A stretch of 32,000 nucleotides of DNA from Rhodobacter capsulatus SB 1003. GTDB taxonomy: Bacteria > Pseudomonadota > Alphaproteobacteria > Rhodobacterales > Rhodobacteraceae. The notes below the pieces were generated by a model. The model was not told the origin of the DNA. It did not search any database and was given only the letters and a program-made list of their open reading frames with translations. Numbering within the stretch: position 1 is the first letter of the stretch; each line of letters begins with the position of its first letter. The translations under genes and the position numbers were made by a program. Positions 27,910 through 32,000 of this stretch are shown piece by piece. Location of the stretch: contig NC_014034.1 of the NCBI RefSeq assembly GCF_000021865.1, positions 1,860,001 through 1,892,000 on the forward strand. The letters are read 5' to 3'.

Positions 27910-27976
27910 ACCCCCCCCAAAAAAAGGGCGTATTTGGCCAAGGAAATGCACTGGCCCGCTGCGGTTTCACCGTTTC

Positions 27977-28010
27977 GAAAGGCTCCGCTGCGGCGGGGCC
28001 TTTTCGTTTT
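27977..28010 (+). terminator. Rho-independent terminator about 120 nt downstream of actP
   Basis: gaaaggctccgc-tgcg-gcggggcctttt followed by cgtttt. Confidence 0.65.
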
Positions 28011-28047
28011 GCTCCAAGGCGGTTAGGTGTGGGGCAAAGGAGTGCCC

Positions 28048-29217
28048 ATGACCCCCGCTGCCCGCATTGCCGCCGCCATCACGCTGCTTGACGCCATTGC
28101 GGCGGGCGAGCCGGCCGAGCGGGCGCTGACGAACTGGGGGCGGGCGCATCGCTTTGCCGGATCGGGGGATCGGGCGGCGGTGCGCGATCATGTCTATGAT
28201 GCGCTGCGCTGCCGGGGCAGTTTCGCCGCCCTGGGCGGGGCGGCGGACGGGCGCGGGCTGATGCTGGGGATGTGCCGGGCAGCGGGGATCGATCCGGCCA
28301 CGGTCTTCACCGGGGCGGGTCATGCCCCGGCGCCGCTTTTGCCGCAGGAGGTGGCGGCCTTTGCCGCGCCGCTGCCAGAGGCGGCGGATCTGGCTGCAAG
28401 GGATTGGCCTGACTGGCTTTTGCCGCAGCTGCGTGCCGATCTGGGGGCCGATTTCGACGCCGTTTCCGACGTGATGCGGGCGCGGGCGCCGGTCTTTCTG
28501 CGGGTCAATCTGGCCAGGGCCAGCCTGGCCGAGGCGGCGCAGGCGCTGGCACAGGAGGGGATCGGCACCGAGCCGCATCCGCTGGCGGCAAGCGCGCTGC
28601 GGGTGCTCTCCGGGGCGCGCAGGATCGCCGCGGCGCAGGCCTATCTGCAGGGGCTGGTCGAGCTGCAGGATGTCGCCTCGCAGGCGGTGCTGAGCGGGCT
28701 GGCGCTGCCCGAGGCGGCGCGGGTGCTGGATTACTGCGCGGGCGGCGGCGGCAAGGCGTTGGCGCTGGCGGCGGCGCATCCCGGGGCGCGGATCACCGCG
28801 CATGACATCGACGCGGGCCGGATGAAGGACATTCCCCCGCGCGCCGCGCGGGCCGGGGCGCGGATCGCGCAGGCCGCGCCCGGCAAGGTCGCGGGCGTCT
28901 TCGATCTGGTGCTGGTCGATGCGCCCTGTTCGGGATCGGGGACCTGGCGGCGGACGCCCGAGGCGAAATGGCGGCTGACCCCGGCGCGGCTGGCCGAGCT
29001 GACGGCGCTGCAAGATCAGATCCTGGAGCGGGCCGCGGCCCATGTTGCGCCCGGCGGGCAGCTTCTTTACATGACCTGCTCGCTGCTGGCGGCCGAGAAT
29101 GACGCGCGGCTTTCCGCCTTTGTGCGCCGCGGGGGATTCGCGCTTGCGGAACGCCGCAGCTATTCCCCGCGCGACGGGGGCGACGGCTTCTTCGCGGGGC
29201 TTCTGCGGCGGCTGTGA
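28048..29217 (+). CDS. RsmB/NOP-family SAM-dependent RNA (cytosine-C5) methyltransferase
   Basis: Trimmed to ATG 28048, with AAGGAG 5 nt upstream. SAM motif VLDYCAGGGGKA. Catalytic Cys motifs DAPCSGSGTWRR and LLYMTCSL. Confidence 0.85.
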   Translation: MTPAARIAAAITLLDAIAAGEPAERALTNWGRAHRFAGSGDRAAVRDHVYDALRCRGSFAALGGAADGRGLMLGMCRAAGIDPATVFTGAGHAPAPLLPQEVAAFAAPLPEAADLAARDWPDWLLPQLRADLGADFDAVSDVMRARAPVFLRVNLARASLAEAAQALAQEGIGTEPHPLAASALRVLSGARRIAAAQAYLQGLVELQDVASQAVLSGLALPEAARVLDYCAGGGGKALALAAAHPGARITAHDIDAGRMKDIPPRAARAGARIAQAAPGKVAGVFDLVLVDAPCSGSGTWRRTPEAKWRLTPARLAELTALQDQILERAAAHVAPGGQLLYMTCSLLAAENDARLSAFVRRGGFALAERRSYSPRDGGDGFFAGLLRRL

Positions 29218-29266
29218 ACGTAACGAGAACTTTTGTGATACATCTTTAGGTTGAGCTTTGATTTTG

Positions 29267-29282
29267 TTAATCAGGCTTTAAC
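29267..29282 (+). promoter_or_regulatory. Full-consensus CtrA box TTAA-N7-TTAAC upstream of cckA
   Basis: TTAAtcaggctTTAAC read directly from the sequence. It lies in the only AT-rich stretch of the 29218-29330 intergenic region, about 56 nt before GTG 29331. Confidence 0.55.
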
Positions 29283-29330
29283 CGAAATGACCCGCAATGC
29301 GAGGAGACGATTCTGCGCAGGAAGACGCCA

Positions 29331-31655
29331 GTGGTACATCCCGATCAGCCCATGCAGGCTCTTGGCCGGTCCGCGGCCATGATTGCGCCCGGGGCTTTGG
29401 TGCTGCTTGTGCTTGGCCTTGCGGCCGGGACGGCGGGATATTTCGTGCAGGACCGGGTGCTGATGACGCTTCTGCTGTCGATGTCGGGCAGTTTCCTGCT
29501 GCTCGCGGTGGTGGCGAAGCTGGCGCAGCGACATCTGGCGCGGCGGCGCACGCAGGTGGCGGGGGCGATTTCCGCCTTCATCATGCATGACGCCTCGCCC
29601 TCTTTCACCACCGATGGCGAGGGGGAAATCGGCTATCAGAACCGCGCCGCGGTGGAGCGCTTCGGCTCGCGCGGGGGGCAGACGCTGACCCGGGCTCTGG
29701 GCGAGATCTTTGCCAATCCCGGCGCGATGCTGACGCGGCTGCAGTCGAAGGCGGCGGCGCTTGGCGCGGCACGCGAGGATATGGTGACGCGGCGCGGCCA
29801 TGTGCGGCTTTCGGTGCATCAGATCGAGGGCGGCGGCTTCCTGTGGCGGCTGGAGGACATGGCGGAACGGCCGGTGGGCGGGCGCGGCGCGGAAAGCATC
29901 TCGCTGCCGATGCTGACGGCGTCGAAATCGGGCACGATCCTGTTCATGAACGAGGCGCTGCGGCGGCTGGTGGGCGAGCGTGTCCGCACGCTCGACCGGA
30001 TCTTCACCGAAGTGCCGATCCGCTCGGGCGAGGAACAGGAGATCACCACGATCGAGGGGCCGTTGCGCTGCATGGTGGCGCAGATCGAGGGCGCGGGCGG
30101 ACGCGACGAGGTTTACCTGATGCCGGTCGCGCCGGGGCGGGCGCCGAGCACCGATCCGGTCTCGTTCGAGGCACTGCCGGTGGCGCTGATGCGGCTGACG
30201 GTGGATGGCCGGGTGATCGAGGTGAACCGGGCCGCGCGCGGGCTTTTGGGGCAGATCCCGGCCTCGACGAAGCTGTCGGAGCTGTTCGAGGGGCTGGGCC
30301 GTCCGGTGGATGACTGGGTTGTCGATGCGGTGGCCGGGCGGACCGAACGCCGCCCCGAGGTGCTGCGGGCGCGGCGCGGCGACCGCGAGGTCTTCCTGCA
30401 GGTGACGCTGGCGCGGGTGATCGAGGAGGGACGACCGGGGCTGATTGCGGTGCTCTCGGATGCGACGCAGCTGAAGACGCTGGAAGGCCAGTTCGTGCAA
30501 AGCCAGAAGATGCAGGCGATCGGCCAGCTTGCGGGCGGGGTTGCGCATGATTTCAACAACTTGCTGACCGCGATTTCGGGTCATTGCGATTTGCTGATGC
30601 TGCGCCACGACAAGGGCGACCCCGATTACACCGATCTTGACCAGATCAGCCAGAATGCCAACCGGGCGGCCTCGCTGGTCGGGCAGCTTCTGGCGTTTTC
30701 GCGCAAGCAGACGCTGAAGCCGCGGATCATCGATCTGCGCGACACGCTGTCGGATCTGACGCATCTGCTGAACCGGCTGACCGGCGAAAAGGTCGTGCTG
30801 ACGCTGACGCATGACCCGAATCTGGCGCCGATCCGGGCCGATAAGCGCCAGCTGGAACAGGTGATCATGAACCTCGTGGTGAATGCGCGCGACGCGATGC
30901 CCGGTGGCGGCGAGATCCGGATCGAGACCGAGAACCTGCATCTGATCGAGGATCTGAAGCGCGACCGTGCCGCGGTGCCGAAGGGCAATTATGTCGTCGT
31001 CAAGGTGACCGACGAGGGGGTGGGGATCCCGGCCGACAAGCTGGGCAAGATCTTCGAACCCTTCTACACGACGAAGAAACCGGGCGAGGGGACGGGGCTG
31101 GGGCTCTCGACCGCCTACGGGATCGTCAAGCAGACCGGCGGCTATATCTTCTGCGATTCGGTGCTGGGCTCGGGGACCTGTTTCACGCTCTTCCTGCCGG
31201 CGCATGACCGGCCCTCGGAGATCGAGCAGGAGCCGGCGCTGCCGACAATGGAACTGCCGAGCATCGAGGAGAATTCCGCCGCGATGGTGCTTCTGGTCGA
31301 GGATGAGGCGCCGGTGCGGGCCTTTGCCTCGCGGGCGCTGAAACTGCGCGGCTATACGGTGTTCGAGGCCGAGAATGCCGAGGAAGCCTTGCGGATCCTC
31401 GAAGACGATCAGCTGCAGTTCGACGTCTTTGTCACCGATGTGATCATGCCCGGCATGGATGGCCCGACCTGGGTCGCCGAGGCGCTGAAGACCCGGCCGG
31501 ATACCGCCGTCGTCTTCGTTTCCGGCTATGCCGAGGACGTGTTCCGCGAAGGCCGTCCGCCGACCCCGAATTCGGTCTTCCTGCCCAAGCCCTTCTCGCT
31601 GAGCGAGCTGACGGCGACGGTGCAGAACCAGATCGCCCGCCGGGCGCGGGCCTGA
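29331..31655 (+). CDS. cckA: Hybrid sensor histidine kinase/response regulator, CckA-like cell-cycle kinase
   Basis: 774 aa with two N-terminal TM segments and PAS regions. H-box QKMQAIGQLAGGVAHDFNNLLTAI, HATPase_c (G-boxes DEGVGI, GEGTGLGLS), and a C-terminal receiver domain (LLVEDEAPV...VFVTDVIMPGMDG). The start is uncertain: GTG 29331 with AGGAAG 6 nt upstream, or ATG 29352 or 29379. Confidence 0.85.
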   Translation: MVHPDQPMQALGRSAAMIAPGALVLLVLGLAAGTAGYFVQDRVLMTLLLSMSGSFLLLAVVAKLAQRHLARRRTQVAGAISAFIMHDASPSFTTDGEGEIGYQNRAAVERFGSRGGQTLTRALGEIFANPGAMLTRLQSKAAALGAAREDMVTRRGHVRLSVHQIEGGGFLWRLEDMAERPVGGRGAESISLPMLTASKSGTILFMNEALRRLVGERVRTLDRIFTEVPIRSGEEQEITTIEGPLRCMVAQIEGAGGRDEVYLMPVAPGRAPSTDPVSFEALPVALMRLTVDGRVIEVNRAARGLLGQIPASTKLSELFEGLGRPVDDWVVDAVAGRTERRPEVLRARRGDREVFLQVTLARVIEEGRPGLIAVLSDATQLKTLEGQFVQSQKMQAIGQLAGGVAHDFNNLLTAISGHCDLLMLRHDKGDPDYTDLDQISQNANRAASLVGQLLAFSRKQTLKPRIIDLRDTLSDLTHLLNRLTGEKVVLTLTHDPNLAPIRADKRQLEQVIMNLVVNARDAMPGGGEIRIETENLHLIEDLKRDRAAVPKGNYVVVKVTDEGVGIPADKLGKIFEPFYTTKKPGEGTGLGLSTAYGIVKQTGGYIFCDSVLGSGTCFTLFLPAHDRPSEIEQEPALPTMELPSIEENSAAMVLLVEDEAPVRAFASRALKLRGYTVFEAENAEEALRILEDDQLQFDVFVTDVIMPGMDGPTWVAEALKTRPDTAVVFVSGYAEDVFREGRPPTPNSVFLPKPFSLSELTATVQNQIARRARA

Positions 31656-31661
31656 AGGCGC

Positions 31662-32000
31662 TCAGGCGAGGCTGTCGTAAAGCCGGAAATCGGCGGCCAT
31701 CGCCTGTTTCAGCGCCGCCTCGGTCTCGGGCTGCAGTGCCACATCCGCCGCGGGCGGCACGTTCACCCGCGCAAGCGTGATCGCGCAATCGAGCCGGTCT
31801 TCGAGGAAATGCACGAAAGCGTCGATTTCCTCGTAGCGGAAGATGCGATCGACCCGCGGCGTGCCGTCGGGGCCGCACAGATGCGCCGCTTGCGAGCCGA
31901 TATCGGCCTGCGGTGACGGCGTCGGCGCCATGTAATCCTGTGCGAAAGCGTCAAAGCTTCGGCCCGCCATCGGGTGATCGGGGTCTTCCATGTCGTCGCG
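31662..32000 (-). CDS. Hypothetical protein, C-terminal part (frame still open at the window end; first in-window ATG at 31991)
   Basis: GC3-rich codon usage and the plausible sequence ...RIFRYEEIDAFVHFLEDRLDCAITLARVNVPPAADVALQPETEAALKQAMAADFRLYDSLA. Vaguely sulfotransferase-like, but I cannot assign a family. Its stop codon lies 6 nt from the cckA stop (convergent). Confidence 0.55.
   Translation of the reverse strand, partial: RDDMEDPDHPMAGRSFDAFAQDYMAPTPSPQADIGSQAAHLCGPDGTPRVDRIFRYEEIDAFVHFLEDRLDCAITLARVNVPPAADVALQPETEAALKQAMAADFRLYDSLA

Noticed and set aside
29287-29382. 32-codon upstream ORF (MTRNARRRFCAGRRQWYIPISPCRLLAGPRP) overlapping the cckA start region; also track ORF 29297..29590
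   Set aside because: It is rich in codons that are rare here (AGG, AGA, CGA), has no Shine-Dalgarno sequence, and is out of frame with cckA. It is most likely a chance ORF in the leader.

Overview
High-GC alphaproteobacterial chromosome segment. Gene content looks Rhodobacter-like (single-polypeptide nifJ-type PFOR, oxyR-katG pair, cckA), but the organism call is inference. I can support 25 protein-coding genes, two of them truncated by the window edges. I found no rRNA, tRNA, CRISPR array, transposase, integrase or phage genes, and no compositional island, so this is mostly core metabolism and regulation rather than an accessory region. Gene order: PAS-domain chemoreceptor (partial); a tightly coupled minus-strand operon of gltD-like flavo-FeS protein, nifJ and a DHOD-like flavoprotein; ubiT-ubiU-ubiV (O2-independent ubiquinone hydroxylation) divergent from ubiD-ubiX; nnrS; an acyltransferase-3 membrane protein; oxyR divergent from katG; a small membrane protein; uup (ABC-F); a DUF333 lipoprotein; an AMACR-like CoA-transferase; a DsbA-like oxidoreductase; an aminotransferase; a cell-wall amidase; DUF485-actP; an RsmB/NOP-type methyltransferase; cckA; and a partial hypothetical gene. 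Observations most worth follow-up: (1) PFOR sits between two proteins that together carry the cofactor-binding domains of a dihydropyrimidine-dehydrogenase-like NAD(P)H-FAD-FeS-FMN chain, split in an unusual way. (2) An intergenic element of about 200 bp occurs twice (about 7694-7909 and 14885-15085), and its three hairpins are kept intact by compensatory base changes. (3) Perfect consensus operators sit in AT-rich intergenic dips: an FNR box between ubiT and ubiD, TTGCG-N4-CGCAA next to nnrS, a CtrA box TTAA-N7-TTAAC upstream of cckA, and a TTTTGCAA inverted/direct repeat array upstream of DUF485-actP. All coordinates and motifs were counted by hand and no database search was possible. The many long ORFs antisense to the called genes are treated as GC-rich mirror ORFs.
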